64,000 nucleotides of DNA from Dehalococcoidia bacterium (GCA_965197645.1 OZ240219.1:1824001-1888000); one strand, 5' to 3'; shown: positions 27,605-38,139, numbered from the stretch's first letter. Program-made: numbers and translations. Notes: generated by a model from the letters alone, not told the origin.

Positions 27605-29980
27605 ATGAGCAGCAAGCATCCGGTACCAAGAGCGCTGGGACACCTCCGGGTGCTGGACCTAGCCGGGCCCGAAGCCCAGCTCTGCGGGAAGCTTCTGGCG
27701 GACATGGGCGCCGACGTGATAAAGGTCGAGCCACCCGGCGGAGACCCGGCGAGACGCATGGCCCCCTTTGCCGGCGATGAGCCGGGCCCCGATACCAGCC
27801 TTCATTTCCTGTACTACAACGCCAACAAGCGAAGCGTGGTGCTGGACCTGGAGTCGGATGCGGGCCTGGAGGATTTCAAGCGTCTGGCATCCAGCTCCCA
27901 GATACTGATAGAGTCCTTCGCGCCGGGATACCTGGAAGGCCTCGGTATCGGGTACGAGGAGTTGAGGCGAATCAATCCACGGCTGGTGATGACATCCATC
28001 ACCTCCTTCGGCCAGACCGGTGCCCATAGAGACTATCTGGGATCGGACTTGGTGGCCCAGGCGATGGGCGGGATCATGTACGTCCAGGGCGACGATCAGA
28101 GGGCGCCCTGCGCCGCGCCCTCCATCCAGGCTTACCAGGTAGCCTCGTTGCACGCCGCGTACGGAGTCCTAGCAGCGCTGAACGAAATGAGAGAAGGTGG
28201 GCGAGGACAGCACGTGGACGTCTCGGTGCAGGAGGTGATGGCCGGCATATTGTTCAGTCTCGCTACCTACGCTTCCAGCGGGAGGGTCGTGCGGCGGACC
28301 GGAGTAGCGTCGCCCATCGCACCGAGCAACTACTACAGGTGCAAGGACGGGTACGCGGTCCTCTCGGTTTTCATGGCCCATCACTGGCGAACACTGGTGG
28401 AGTGGATCGGGAAGGATGAGCTAGCAGACCCGATGTGGGAGGACTTCTACTTTCGCCTCGATAATCCGGACCTGATAGATCCCCACGTCGCGGAGTTCGT
28501 CGGGCAGTTCACCGTCGAAGAGCTGCTGGAGGAGGCCAACAAGCGCCACATCTCGGCCATGCGCTTCAACGATACCAAGGCCTACGCCGAGAGTGTTCAG
28601 GTCAAAGCGAGAAACAGCCTCATCGAAAGCCACCATCCGAGGATCGGTAAGCATCGATATCCGGTGAGCGGGTGCAAGTTCGGGGAAACGCCCTGGCAGC
28701 TGGCCAGGCCGGCGCCGATATTGGGTGAGCACCAGGATGAGGTCCTCCAAGGCCTGGCACCGATTTCGCCGGAAGAGTCGCTTCAGGCAGGGTCTGCACC
28801 ACCCCTCGAGGGCATTCGCATAATAGATTTCAGCCGTGTGTGGGCAGGGCCTATGGCCACTCGCTACCTGGGAGATATGGGCGCCGAGATCATAAAGATC
28901 GAGACGGAACGGTACCTGGACCAGGGCAGGAGCCCGACGGCCGTCGATCCGCTGTTCCCGGAGGTCAATCGAAGCAAGCTGGGAATCACCCTCGATTTCC
29001 AGAAGCGGGAGGGACGGGAGCTGGTGGAGGAGCTGGCCAAGGTGAGCGACGTGGTGATAGACAACTACTCGCCGGGGGTGCTGGCTCGGCGGGGCCTTGG
29101 CTATGAGCGGCTGAGAATGATCCGGCCCGACATCATCATGATAAGCATGCCGGCCTACGGCAACTACGGCCCCTACGCCGGGATGGTGGCCTACGGTCAT
29201 CAGCTCATGGCCTATACCGGCCTGTCCTATCTGTGGGGCCACCCGGAATCGCCTTACGAGGCGAGACCCAAGGTCCACTACCCCGACTTCGTATCGGCGC
29301 CTACCGCGGCGTTCGCCATTACGGCTGCTCTCGAGTACCGTTCTCGGACTGGCAGGGGCCAGTACATCGAGCTGGCCCAGGCGGAAGGGCTGGCGGCCTT
29401 TATGGGGGTGCCGCTGCTGGACTGGGAAGTGAACGGCCGCTCCTGGAAACCGATGGGCAGTCGCAACCGGAACGCCGCGCCTCGGGGATGCTACCCATGC
29501 GCAGGGGAGGACCGGTGGTGTGTCATAGATTGTTGGACGGAGGAGCAGTGGGAGGGGCTTCGGAGGGCCATGGGGCACCCGGATTGGGCGATGGACGCCC
29601 GGTTCTCGGAACTTGAGGTTAGATTAGAGAACCAAGTCGAGCTGGACGAGCACGTCGGGAGATGGACTGAGGGGTTCTCGCCCGACGAGGTTATGGAGAT
29701 GCTTCAACGGGAGGGAGTGCCCGCCGGGGTGGTGCAGTCCGGGGAGCAGATGTACTACGACCGACACCTTCGGGCGAGGGGTTTCCTGGTCGAGTTGGAA
29801 CACCCCAAGTGGGGAAGAACGGAGCACGCGGGGCGGCCGATACGGCTTTCCAACAGCTCGGGACCGATAAGGAGGCCCGTGCCGGCCCTGGGCCAGCACA
29901 ACGAGTACGTCTACCGCGACCTGCTGGGAGTAGCACCCGCCGATCTTGACCAGTTGGTTCAGGACAAGGTCGTAAACTAG
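27605..29980 (+). CDS. Tandem CaiB/BaiF family III CoA-transferase (two fused domains)
   Basis: LADMGADVIKVEPP and LGDMGAEIIKIE; PAPILGEH and PALGQHN. Confidence 0.92.
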   Translation: MSSKHPVPRALGHLRVLDLAGPEAQLCGKLLADMGADVIKVEPPGGDPARRMAPFAGDEPGPDTSLHFLYYNANKRSVVLDLESDAGLEDFKRLASSSQILIESFAPGYLEGLGIGYEELRRINPRLVMTSITSFGQTGAHRDYLGSDLVAQAMGGIMYVQGDDQRAPCAAPSIQAYQVASLHAAYGVLAALNEMREGGRGQHVDVSVQEVMAGILFSLATYASSGRVVRRTGVASPIAPSNYYRCKDGYAVLSVFMAHHWRTLVEWIGKDELADPMWEDFYFRLDNPDLIDPHVAEFVGQFTVEELLEEANKRHISAMRFNDTKAYAESVQVKARNSLIESHHPRIGKHRYPVSGCKFGETPWQLARPAPILGEHQDEVLQGLAPISPEESLQAGSAPPLEGIRIIDFSRVWAGPMATRYLGDMGAEIIKIETERYLDQGRSPTAVDPLFPEVNRSKLGITLDFQKREGRELVEELAKVSDVVIDNYSPGVLARRGLGYERLRMIRPDIIMISMPAYGNYGPYAGMVAYGHQLMAYTGLSYLWGHPESPYEARPKVHYPDFVSAPTAAFAITAALEYRSRTGRGQYIELAQAEGLAAFMGVPLLDWEVNGRSWKPMGSRNRNAAPRGCYPCAGEDRWCVIDCWTEEQWEGLRRAMGHPDWAMDARFSELEVRLENQVELDEHVGRWTEGFSPDEVMEMLQREGVPAGVVQSGEQMYYDRHLRARGFLVELEHPKWGRTEHAGRPIRLSNSSGPIRRPVPALGQHNEYVYRDLLGVAPADLDQLVQDKVVN

Positions 29981-30024
29981 CGCGGGATAGGAGCTTCCCA
30001 GACCGGACGTGATTCCTTCTCTGA

Positions 30025-30633
30025 TCACGCTTCATGAGTTGAATGCCAGCCGTAACGTGAAGCTAACTGTTGGTGGGTATCGGTCAGCTTCCACATCCTG
30101 TCTTGCCGACTAGTGCTCCCTCCATCTTTTGACCCAAGAGACATGGTGAGCTCTCCCGCTGTAAAGGCATCGTCTCTGAATCCGATTTGCCAAGTGGAGC
30201 TGGTGATTTGCAAATCCGCAGGCGAGTCATTCTCCCTAGGATCGGTGAGTGCGAGATGCGCTCCCACCTTGTCCAGCCAGTTCTTAACGTGCGGTATAAC
30301 ACGATTAAGATAACCCATTGCCTTCTTGTTATCACCTCCATAACCAAGCCAGCCGATGGTCCTGACGTAGTCGCAAACAGTCACGGAGTACCACTTGAAA
30401 GCACAATAAATGAGTTGCCTTGGTACACCCTCAAGCCTAGGATCATTGCCATAAGACATGACTCGATACTTCTTAGTGCATAGATTACGCCGCACCTCAT
30501 TCTCTACTTTGCTAACCTGACAATTGAGGAAATCAAGACCTATAGCAAGATTTTGTAGAAGATCGAGTAGATTGTAATACCGATCTGCATCGGCGTCAGG
30601 CAATTCAAGATTGTCATCGCAGTCGATGATCAT
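30025..30633 (-). CDS. Hypothetical protein, AT-richer than its neighbours
   Basis: 202-aa ORF in an otherwise empty gap, atypical codon usage. Confidence 0.6.
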   Translation of the reverse strand: MIIDCDDNLELPDADADRYYNLLDLLQNLAIGLDFLNCQVSKVENEVRRNLCTKKYRVMSYGNDPRLEGVPRQLIYCAFKWYSVTVCDYVRTIGWLGYGGDNKKAMGYLNRVIPHVKNWLDKVGAHLALTDPRENDSPADLQITSSTWQIGFRDDAFTAGELTMSLGSKDGGSTSRQDRMWKLTDTHQQLASRYGWHSTHEA

Positions 30634-30685
30634 TGTGCCGCCACTGTGAGCGTTTCACTATCTGATTCCTCGACGGTCCAGTTAG

Positions 30686-32350
30686 TCACGGCACCACCTT
30701 GTACGTGCCCTTGGCCTGTTCGGGGGATACCAGGCCGTCCCGGACATCGTTCAGCACGGATTCTCGGTCCCGCTTGACGGGATCGTGGGCGCCGGCGCCG
30801 CTGGACCACTCGAGAGCCAGCTGGTCCTCCGCCGTTTCGATGGTGATGCTGCCCTTCTCGATGGAGTCGGGATTATCGCTTAGGACCTGGTCGTTGAGGA
30901 TGATGCGGGTACGCGTGCCGTCCTCGCCGCCGAAGATCCCAGTAGGAGGGAAGGACACCCGCTTGTTGGGGTGGAAGTAGATGTTGATCGGATCGGGATG
31001 AGAGGGCAGCTTGGACAGGACCACCCGCTGGCCCGGAGCTCCCCTGAACTGGCCCGCCCCGGCCGAGTCCTTGATGAACTCCTTGGCCACGACCACTGCC
31101 GGGCTGTTGACTTCGAACACCTCCACGGGGACGTTGGAGGCGCTGCTGGGAAACATGTTCTGTCCCATGCCGTCGCCTACGGGCGTGGCGCCCCGGCCGC
31201 CGCCGCAGAAGAGGTGGGCGTTGAAGACTCGTCCGTTGGCCTCGACGCCGTAGGTCTGTAGCGAAGACATCAGGCCGTTGCCCGACTGTATCTGGCCGGG
31301 CAGCGCCTCGGCCAACGCCTCGAAGATGGCGCCGTGAATGTACCAGCCGGTGTTGGTCCGAGAGCCCACCGAGACTGGGAAGGTACAGTTCATCAGGGAG
31401 CCTTCCTCGGCTACCACCGTGATCGGGGCGTAGCAGCCCTCGTTTACGGGGACCTCCGGGGTGAGCATGCAGGCCAGAGTGTACAGGCTGTGCCCTATGG
31501 TGTAGATGAGCGTGCAATTGAGCCCGCCGCTGTCCACCTGGGGAGACGAGCCGGTGTAATCGACCGTCAGTTCGTCGCCCTGGACGGTGATCTCGACGGC
31601 GACTTTCAGCGGAGTGCCCATGCCGTCGGTGTAGACCTCGTTGGCGTAGACGCCATCGGGCAGCTCCCGGATGCCTCTGCGCATGGCCGCTTCGGACCTG
31701 CCGCGGATGGCGGTGGAGAGGGCGGACAGGTCCTCGAGCTTGTACTCGTCGAGGAAATCCACCACTCGCTTGGCGCCTTCCTCGTTGGCCGCCACCTGGG
31801 CCTCGATATCGGTCAGGACCATTTCCGGGGCGCGCACGTTGTGGCGAAACATATCGAAGACCAGCTCGTTGGGCTTGTAGCCGTCGTACAGCTTGCATAT
31901 CGGGAAGAAGATGCCCTCCTCGTAGGAGTCCCGGACTGACTTGGGGTCCAGGGAGCCGCCTATGTCCGAGGTGTTGGCGATGTTGCCGGTGAAACCCACG
32001 AACCGGCCCTGATAGAAGACGGGCGTTACGATACCGAGGTCGGGCAGGTGGCCGGCGCAGAGCCAGGGATCGTTGGTGAGGAAGACGTCGCCTGGGCTCA
32101 ACTCATCCACGGGATACTTTTCGAGGACAGCCTTGGTGACGTTGGGCATGGTCATGTTGAAGACGGGCATGCTGCGGTAGGCGTGAGCGATGGACCGGCC
32201 CTTTTCATCGAGGATTTCGCAGCCAAAGTCGTTGGCCGAGGCGATGATGGTGGATACCGAGGTGCGGAGGACCGTGGTCCACATCTCCTCAGCGATGTTG
32301 AGCATCCGGCTCCACATTATCTCCAGGGATACAGGATCAAACTGCTTCAT
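30686..32350 (-). CDS. Hydantoinase B / oxoprolinase family protein
   Basis: PGDVFLTNDPW..GHLPD, DIGGS, EEG, SAGAGQFRG. Confidence 0.92.
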   Translation of the reverse strand: MKQFDPVSLEIMWSRMLNIAEEMWTTVLRTSVSTIIASANDFGCEILDEKGRSIAHAYRSMPVFNMTMPNVTKAVLEKYPVDELSPGDVFLTNDPWLCAGHLPDLGIVTPVFYQGRFVGFTGNIANTSDIGGSLDPKSVRDSYEEGIFFPICKLYDGYKPNELVFDMFRHNVRAPEMVLTDIEAQVAANEEGAKRVVDFLDEYKLEDLSALSTAIRGRSEAAMRRGIRELPDGVYANEVYTDGMGTPLKVAVEITVQGDELTVDYTGSSPQVDSGGLNCTLIYTIGHSLYTLACMLTPEVPVNEGCYAPITVVAEEGSLMNCTFPVSVGSRTNTGWYIHGAIFEALAEALPGQIQSGNGLMSSLQTYGVEANGRVFNAHLFCGGGRGATPVGDGMGQNMFPSSASNVPVEVFEVNSPAVVVAKEFIKDSAGAGQFRGAPGQRVVLSKLPSHPDPINIYFHPNKRVSFPPTGIFGGEDGTRTRIILNDQVLSDNPDSIEKGSITIETAEDQLALEWSSGAGAHDPVKRDRESVLNDVRDGLVSPEQAKGTYKVVP

Positions 32351-32426
32351 CTTCTACCTCACTGAGATTTCCGTTTGCCCTTCGATGGGCCGGCCCACCA
32401 TGGGTGTAATTCCGCCGCTTGAGGGG

Positions 32427-34541
32427 TTATACAGTGCCTATCTCGATTACTAGGTTTAGCCACTCGTCTATGTAGCCGCTGTCCCGGGGCCCGATGATAG
32501 CCGTGGCCTCCTGCTCCTCCACGATGGCTGGGCCTTCGATGTTGGTGCCGGGCTGGAGCCGGTACCGATCGAATACTGGGCAGTCTACGTAGCCATTGGA
32601 GTCGGGGAAGTAGGCTTTGCGGCTGCCCTTTTGGGCTGTCGAGGGGTCGGCGTCTGCTGCCAGGGGTTCACGGCGCAGGTTGATGGAAGGCTCGGGGCCG
32701 CTGACCAGCAGGCGCCAGTTCTGCACCTCTATGGGGATGTTCAGGTTCTTGCGGCTGTAGAGGTCCTGATAGATGTCCTGGAAGTCCGCTTCGATTCTGG
32801 GTATGGCATCGGTGCCCAGCCTGCCGTCGCTGATGGGGACGTGAATCTCATGGATCTGGCCCACGAGACGCATGTCCGCGGTGCGGACCAGCTGCACCTC
32901 TTGGGGTGATACCCCGATCTCGGCCAGGCGTTCCAGGCCGCGGGTCTCCATCTCGGAGTAAAGCTGATTGATGGTGTGCCAGTCGGTTTCGTGGAGGAGC
33001 CCGGGCAGGGAGCGGACCTCCTCGAAGGATAGGGGTGCGGCAAGGCAGCCCACGGCCGAAGTTACACCGGCTGCCAGGGGTGATATGACCTGGTTCACGC
33101 CCAGCGTCCTGGCGACCTCGCCGGCGTGCATGGGTCCTGCGCCTCCAAAGGCCATAATGGCGTAGTTTCTGGGGTCCTTGTTTCTTTCGATGATGTGGAT
33201 GCGGGCGGCGGACGCCATGTTTTCCGTGACCACCCGGTAGATTCCCCATGCGGTCTCGGTCTCCGAGAGATTTAGAGACCTACCGAGGCCGGAGACGGCG
33301 CGTTTGGCGGAATCAACGTCGAGACCCATCCGGCCGCCGAGGAAATAGCCGGGGTTGAGATAACCGAGGATAAGATCGGCATCGGTGACGGTGGGATCGG
33401 CGCCGCCCTGCCCGTAGCAGGCGGGCCCCGGACTGGCGCCCGAGCTGTGAGGGCCCACTTTGAGCAGGCCCAGATTGTCCACCCAGGCGATGCTCCCCCC
33501 ACCGGAGCCGATCTCGATCAGATCGACCACCGGCATGGTAACGGGAAGTCCGCTGCCCTTCTTGAATCGATGCAGCCGGGCCACCTCCAAGTGCTGGGTG
33601 ACGGGGGGCTTGGTGCCCTCTATCACACAGGTCTTGGCGGTGGTGCCGCCCATGTCCAGGGAGATAAGCTCAGGCCTGCCCAGAAGGTTGCCGTAGAAGC
33701 CCGCGGCCAGTGCGCCAGCGGCGGGCCCGGACTCCAGGAGCCGTATGGGATGCTCTCGAGCCCAGTCGCTGCCCATGACCCCGCCCTCGGACAGCATGAC
33801 CAGGAGTCTTCGCCGGTAACCTTTACCGGACAGCGTTTTTTCCAGGTTGCCCAGGTAGCTGGAGGCCTGGGGTTTGATGTAGCAGTCTGCGACGGTGGTC
33901 GAGGTGCGTTCGTACTCGTTGATGACGGGCGCCACCTCCGAGGATAGGGAGAGGGTCAGATCGGGGAAGCGGCCCGTTACGATTTCCTTCAGGGCCTTCT
34001 CGTTGGCCGGGTTCTTGTAAGAGTGGAGGAGGGATATCGCCAGCGCTTCCACGCCCTCTTCCTTCACCAGGCGTTGAATGAGGGGAATCACCTCCGACCC
34101 GTCGCACTCCTGGAATATCTCGCCGTCCCGGCTGATGCGTTCGGTGACCTCCTCCCGGAGATATCTAGGCACGAGGGGCGGAGGCATTTGGGCCTGGAGG
34201 TCGAAGATGTCGTACATCTGCTCGCGGCCCATCTCTAGCACGTCTCGGAACCCCTTCGTGGTGAGCAGGGCAGTGTGGGCGCCCTTGCGTTCGATGATGG
34301 CGTTGGTGTTCAGGGTGGTGCTGTGCACCACGACGCCCAACTGTTCGAAGGAGGTGGAGGCGGCGTCCAGGACCTGGGCGGCGCCTTCGATGACCGTGTT
34401 GGCTGGGTCCGAGGGGTCAGTCAGGACCTTGTGGACGGTGAGCCCTCCGGTACGCAAGTCCAGTAGGGAGAAGTCGGTGAAAGTGCCGCCGATATCGACG
34501 CCCAGGGCGTGGGTGAAGCTGTCTGTTGTTTGTGGCGTCAT
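32427..34541 (-). CDS. Hydantoinase A / oxoprolinase family protein
   Basis: GVDIGGTFTD, ESGPAAG, DMGGTT, IGSGGGSI, PGPACYGQGG, FGGAGPMH. Confidence 0.93.
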   Translation of the reverse strand: MTPQTTDSFTHALGVDIGGTFTDFSLLDLRTGGLTVHKVLTDPSDPANTVIEGAAQVLDAASTSFEQLGVVVHSTTLNTNAIIERKGAHTALLTTKGFRDVLEMGREQMYDIFDLQAQMPPPLVPRYLREEVTERISRDGEIFQECDGSEVIPLIQRLVKEEGVEALAISLLHSYKNPANEKALKEIVTGRFPDLTLSLSSEVAPVINEYERTSTTVADCYIKPQASSYLGNLEKTLSGKGYRRRLLVMLSEGGVMGSDWAREHPIRLLESGPAAGALAAGFYGNLLGRPELISLDMGGTTAKTCVIEGTKPPVTQHLEVARLHRFKKGSGLPVTMPVVDLIEIGSGGGSIAWVDNLGLLKVGPHSSGASPGPACYGQGGADPTVTDADLILGYLNPGYFLGGRMGLDVDSAKRAVSGLGRSLNLSETETAWGIYRVVTENMASAARIHIIERNKDPRNYAIMAFGGAGPMHAGEVARTLGVNQVISPLAAGVTSAVGCLAAPLSFEEVRSLPGLLHETDWHTINQLYSEMETRGLERLAEIGVSPQEVQLVRTADMRLVGQIHEIHVPISDGRLGTDAIPRIEADFQDIYQDLYSRKNLNIPIEVQNWRLLVSGPEPSINLRREPLAADADPSTAQKGSRKAYFPDSNGYVDCPVFDRYRLQPGTNIEGPAIVEEQEATAIIGPRDSGYIDEWLNLVIEIGTV

Positions 34542-34733
34542 GTCGACCGTTCACATGCTAGGAAGAGGCTTCGCCTAGTATATAACACTAGATGGTCTGG
34601 GTCAGCGACCGGGGCCGTGAGCGGGGTCAGCGGGCAGGGGCGCGGCTTGTTGACGCTGAGCGAGCACCGCCTGTAAGATTGGGCCGATTTCGGGCGTAAC
34701 TCCCAATTCAAACTTGCCTTAATGGAGGTTGTC

Positions 34734-35534
34734 ATGGCTGCCGTAACGAAGGATGAAACCGTCGAGCTGAGAAGAGGAGCAGTCAAAACCCAAGTGAGGC
34801 GAGCCGGGAGCGGTCCACCGGTGGTGTTCCTGCATGGACTGGACACGGGCACGTGGAACCGGTTCTTCGATGACCTGGCGGCATCCTTCACGGTGTACGC
34901 TCCCCTCCATCCAGGGTTGAGCGACCCGGACTCCATTCGAAACATCGACAACCTCTGGGACCTGGTGCTTTACTACTACGAGCTGTTCGACGCCCTAGGC
35001 CTTCGAGACCCGGCGGTGATCGGCCATTCATTCGGAGGGATGGTGGCGGCAGAGGTGGCCGCTACCAACCAGGAGAGGGTTAGCAAGCTGGTGCTGATCG
35101 ACTCCCTGGGACTGTGGCGGGACGACTACCCGATGAAGGACCCGTTGGGGATGCCCCGTGATGCGGTAACGGAGGCTACCTTCTTCGATGTCGAAGGCGA
35201 AGTGGCTTTGTCGCTGACCAAGGCCCCGGAAGACCCGGATGCCAAGAACGATTATCTGATACAGGATATGTGGGCCAAGGCCTGCACCAGCAAATTCACC
35301 TGGCCGATCCCGGACAAGGGGCTGAAGTATCGGATACACCGGATAGTGGCGCCGACCCTGGTCATATGGGGCAAGAACGACGGCCTCACCGACCCGGTCT
35401 ACGCCCAAGAGTTCTCCGACAAGATGGAGAACGCGTCGGTGCAGGTCGAGGTCATCGACGAGGCGGGTAACTATCCTCACCTGGAGCAGCGAGAGAAAGT
35501 GGTTGGGCTGATCACCAGCTTCCTGAATACGTAG
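34734..35534 (+). CDS. Alpha/beta-fold hydrolase
   Basis: VFLHG, GHSFGG nucleophile elbow, PTLVIWGKND; upstream TTGACG-N18-TAAGAT. Confidence 0.9.
   Translation: MAAVTKDETVELRRGAVKTQVRRAGSGPPVVFLHGLDTGTWNRFFDDLAASFTVYAPLHPGLSDPDSIRNIDNLWDLVLYYYELFDALGLRDPAVIGHSFGGMVAAEVAATNQERVSKLVLIDSLGLWRDDYPMKDPLGMPRDAVTEATFFDVEGEVALSLTKAPEDPDAKNDYLIQDMWAKACTSKFTWPIPDKGLKYRIHRIVAPTLVIWGKNDGLTDPVYAQEFSDKMENASVQVEVIDEAGNYPHLEQREKVVGLITSFLNT
35445..35534 (+). repeat. Copy 1 of a 90-bp direct repeat (3' end of the hydrolase gene)
   Basis: 79/90 identical to 36398-36487 by manual alignment. Confidence 0.9.
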
Positions 35535-35565
35535 GAAGGTCGATTCCTCGGTCAAAAGGGGAGGA

Positions 35566-36381
35566 ATGAGAATGAGTTACAGAATACTCCTAATAATCGG
35601 CACGATTATTCTCTTCGGCATCGCCTGCACCATCGAGGTTCCCCAAGCCACCCCGGAGACAACACCGACTCCAAATCCGACGGAGACAAACGAGGAGGAG
35701 TTGCAAGCTGTCAACGAAATACTCGAAGAGGCAGGTTTGCCTACACGTACTCCGGATGAATGGGCCGAAAACTTGGAGTCGGTCCGCGACCAGGCTAATG
35801 CGACGCCTACCGGCACCCCGTTAATGATCTATGCGTCCTGCGAAGAGGCGGAGGCCGCAGGTGAACCACGAGTACTGGGTAGTGAGGGGATTGGGCTGGG
35901 CTTTCCAGCGGATAAAGTCCTCGATGACCGCGATGCGGATGGCGACGGTGTGGTATGCGAGGTGCAGCCACTCTCCACCTCAACGCCTGAGCCCACACCA
36001 ACTCCCACCCCCACCCCAACCGTTACTGCAACTCCAGTCCCCGCAGCCACGCTCCCCTTCGACATCACCGGGTCTGGTACGGTGGTGGAACGCATCACGC
36101 TGACCGAGGGATTCTACATCGTCGAGATGGATCTGAGGAACAACCAACAGTGTGCTGGGGACATCTGCGCCGATGACATTTTCACCGTAGGCATCGCGTC
36201 CATCAATGAAGTGGAGGGGATCTACGGAGAAATCCACGCATTCGATGGGTTCTCCACTGACTGGAGCGGCAGTGTCAGCGTACGAGTTGGGGGAGACAAG
36301 TTCGAAGGCCTGGTGCCCGGTGACCAGCTGGTCAACATCGAGTCAAGTGGCGACTGGACCATCCGCTTTTTCCCGCAGTAA
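35566..36381 (+). CDS. Lipoprotein with an Excalibur Ca-binding domain and Pro/Thr linkers
   Basis: FGIAC lipobox; YASCEEAEAAG...DRDADGDGVVCE. Confidence 0.8.
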   Translation: MRMSYRILLIIGTIILFGIACTIEVPQATPETTPTPNPTETNEEELQAVNEILEEAGLPTRTPDEWAENLESVRDQANATPTGTPLMIYASCEEAEAAGEPRVLGSEGIGLGFPADKVLDDRDADGDGVVCEVQPLSTSTPEPTPTPTPTPTVTATPVPAATLPFDITGSGTVVERITLTEGFYIVEMDLRNNQQCAGDICADDIFTVGIASINEVEGIYGEIHAFDGFSTDWSGSVSVRVGGDKFEGLVPGDQLVNIESSGDWTIRFFPQ

Positions 36382-36397
36382 GGAGCGGACCCATAGC

Positions 36398-36487
36398 GTT
36401 GAGCTCATCGACCAGGCAGCAAACTATCCACACCTGGAGCAGCGAGAGAAAGTGGTAGGGCTGATCACCAGCTTCTTGAACTCGTAG
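36398..36487 (+). repeat. Copy 2 of the 90-bp direct repeat: orphan 3' end of the hydrolase gene including its stop codon
   Basis: Encodes VELIDQAANYPHLEQREKVVGLITSFLNS* versus VEVIDEAGNYPHLEQREKVVGLITSFLNT*. Confidence 0.9.
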
Positions 36488-36516
36488 AGGCCCTGTTCCT
36501 CCATCAAGCCGGAGGA

Positions 36517-37923
36517 GTGAGAATGCGATTCACCGCGTTCTTGATAATCGGACTGACCGTGGTACTGGCGGCATGTGGGAAGGTGGCAGGACCGGAGCCG
36601 TTGCGGGAGGAAACGCCTACTCCCGCCCCCTTGCGAGCAACCCCTGGGGTCACGGCCTCTCCCAATCCTGGAATCGCCACCCCCGGACCGGAGGTCACGG
36701 CCTCAAATCCAACCCCTACTCCAACGGCTGTTCCGACAACCCCCATCGCCTCCCACTCCACCGAAGCTGTAGCAACTGTCACAAAACCCTTTCCTGATCC
36801 CGCCAAGCGATATCCGCTCAACATAGAGCCGGCCTTTCCCGGCCTCCCTAGGCTAAAGCTCCCCGTGGCTCTGGTGGACGTGCCGAAGCACGATCTGTTT
36901 CTAATCGCCCTGCAGGACGGCCTCGTTCTCTCCGTACCCCGCGGAGGCCCCTACGATAACCCCCGCATAGTGCATGACCAAAGAGACCGAACGCTCCGCT
37001 ACGCCTACGAAGAGGGCTTTCTAGCGCTCGCGCTGGATCCCAGTTTCGACCAAAACGGCTACGTCTACGCCTATTACAGCTATAGTCCCGGCCCTGAGGA
37101 ACGCTCCACACGGCTCGTGCGCTTCGCGACCACAGGCGAAGGTGACACCTTCACCTTCGATGCCGACAGCGAGTTCGTCATACTCGAGATACCCCAACCC
37201 AATTGGAACCACAATGGCGGTAGTTTGGTCTTCGGTCCCGACGGCATGCTTTACTTGGGCATAGGAGACGGCGGTGGAGACGGTGATCCCCAGGGAAACG
37301 GCCAGAATCCGGGAACTCTGTTGGGCACCGTGATCCGAATCGATGTCCGCAACCCATCGGCCGAACAACCCTACTCCATACCTCCAGACAACCCTATGGT
37401 CACCATCGAGGGAGCCCGCCCCGAAGTTTGGGCCTACGGGTTTCGCAATCCATGGCGGTTGAGCTTCGATGCTGAGACGCGCCTTCTCTGGGCCGCCGAT
37501 GTCGGCCACTACCACGCTGAGGAGGTCAATATCGTCCGGCCGGGTGAGAACTACGGCTGGAACATCACGGAGGGTACCAGTTGCTTCCCTCAAGATCAGA
37601 CCTGTGATCTTGCCGGCCTGACGCTGCCTGTCTGGGAGTACGGCCGTTCCTCTGGATGCGCCGTCATCGGAGGCTACGTCTACCGGGGGAATGAGGTCCC
37701 CTCAATCGTTGGTCGGTATGTCTTCGCAGACTACTGCACTGGGCGTGTCTGGGGGATACATGCCGGAACCGCAGCCGCCGGAGAGTCCGTAGAATCGTTG
37801 TTGCTAGCCGATAGCGGCCTGCGCTTCATTCTGTCACTGGCGGAGGATGCCTCTGGCGAGATTTATCTCCTGATCGGTGAGGAAGAAAGTAAGGATCGGA
37901 TCTACTGCCTTGTTGCACGGTAG
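36517..37923 (+). CDS. PQQ-dependent sugar dehydrogenase (GSDH family) lipoprotein
   Basis: LAAC lipobox; NHNGGSLVFGPDGMLYLGIGDGG, AYGFRNPWR, NYGW. Confidence 0.88.
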   Translation: MRMRFTAFLIIGLTVVLAACGKVAGPEPLREETPTPAPLRATPGVTASPNPGIATPGPEVTASNPTPTPTAVPTTPIASHSTEAVATVTKPFPDPAKRYPLNIEPAFPGLPRLKLPVALVDVPKHDLFLIALQDGLVLSVPRGGPYDNPRIVHDQRDRTLRYAYEEGFLALALDPSFDQNGYVYAYYSYSPGPEERSTRLVRFATTGEGDTFTFDADSEFVILEIPQPNWNHNGGSLVFGPDGMLYLGIGDGGGDGDPQGNGQNPGTLLGTVIRIDVRNPSAEQPYSIPPDNPMVTIEGARPEVWAYGFRNPWRLSFDAETRLLWAADVGHYHAEEVNIVRPGENYGWNITEGTSCFPQDQTCDLAGLTLPVWEYGRSSGCAVIGGYVYRGNEVPSIVGRYVFADYCTGRVWGIHAGTAAAGESVESLLLADSGLRFILSLAEDASGEIYLLIGEEESKDRIYCLVAR

Positions 37924-38139
37924 TGCGGGCGGCCACGGAGCGATCAAAGAGGACTCGAGCCATGTGCACGACACGGCCCCGATAGTAGACTGATTTCGTA
38001 AAAAGCTCGATCTGGTAACGCTCACCCGGCTCCCTGAAGCTGCTGACCAATGTAGTGGGGTTACAGAGTGGTTGCAAGGGGTTGGGCCGCTGGGACTTGG
38101 ATAGGCTGGGCTTGAGGTACACGACAGCTATAGGGGTAA

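Noticed and set aside
35445-36487. Diversity-generating retroelement TR/VR pair
   Set aside because: Mismatches are not adenine-specific and no reverse transcriptase is in the window.
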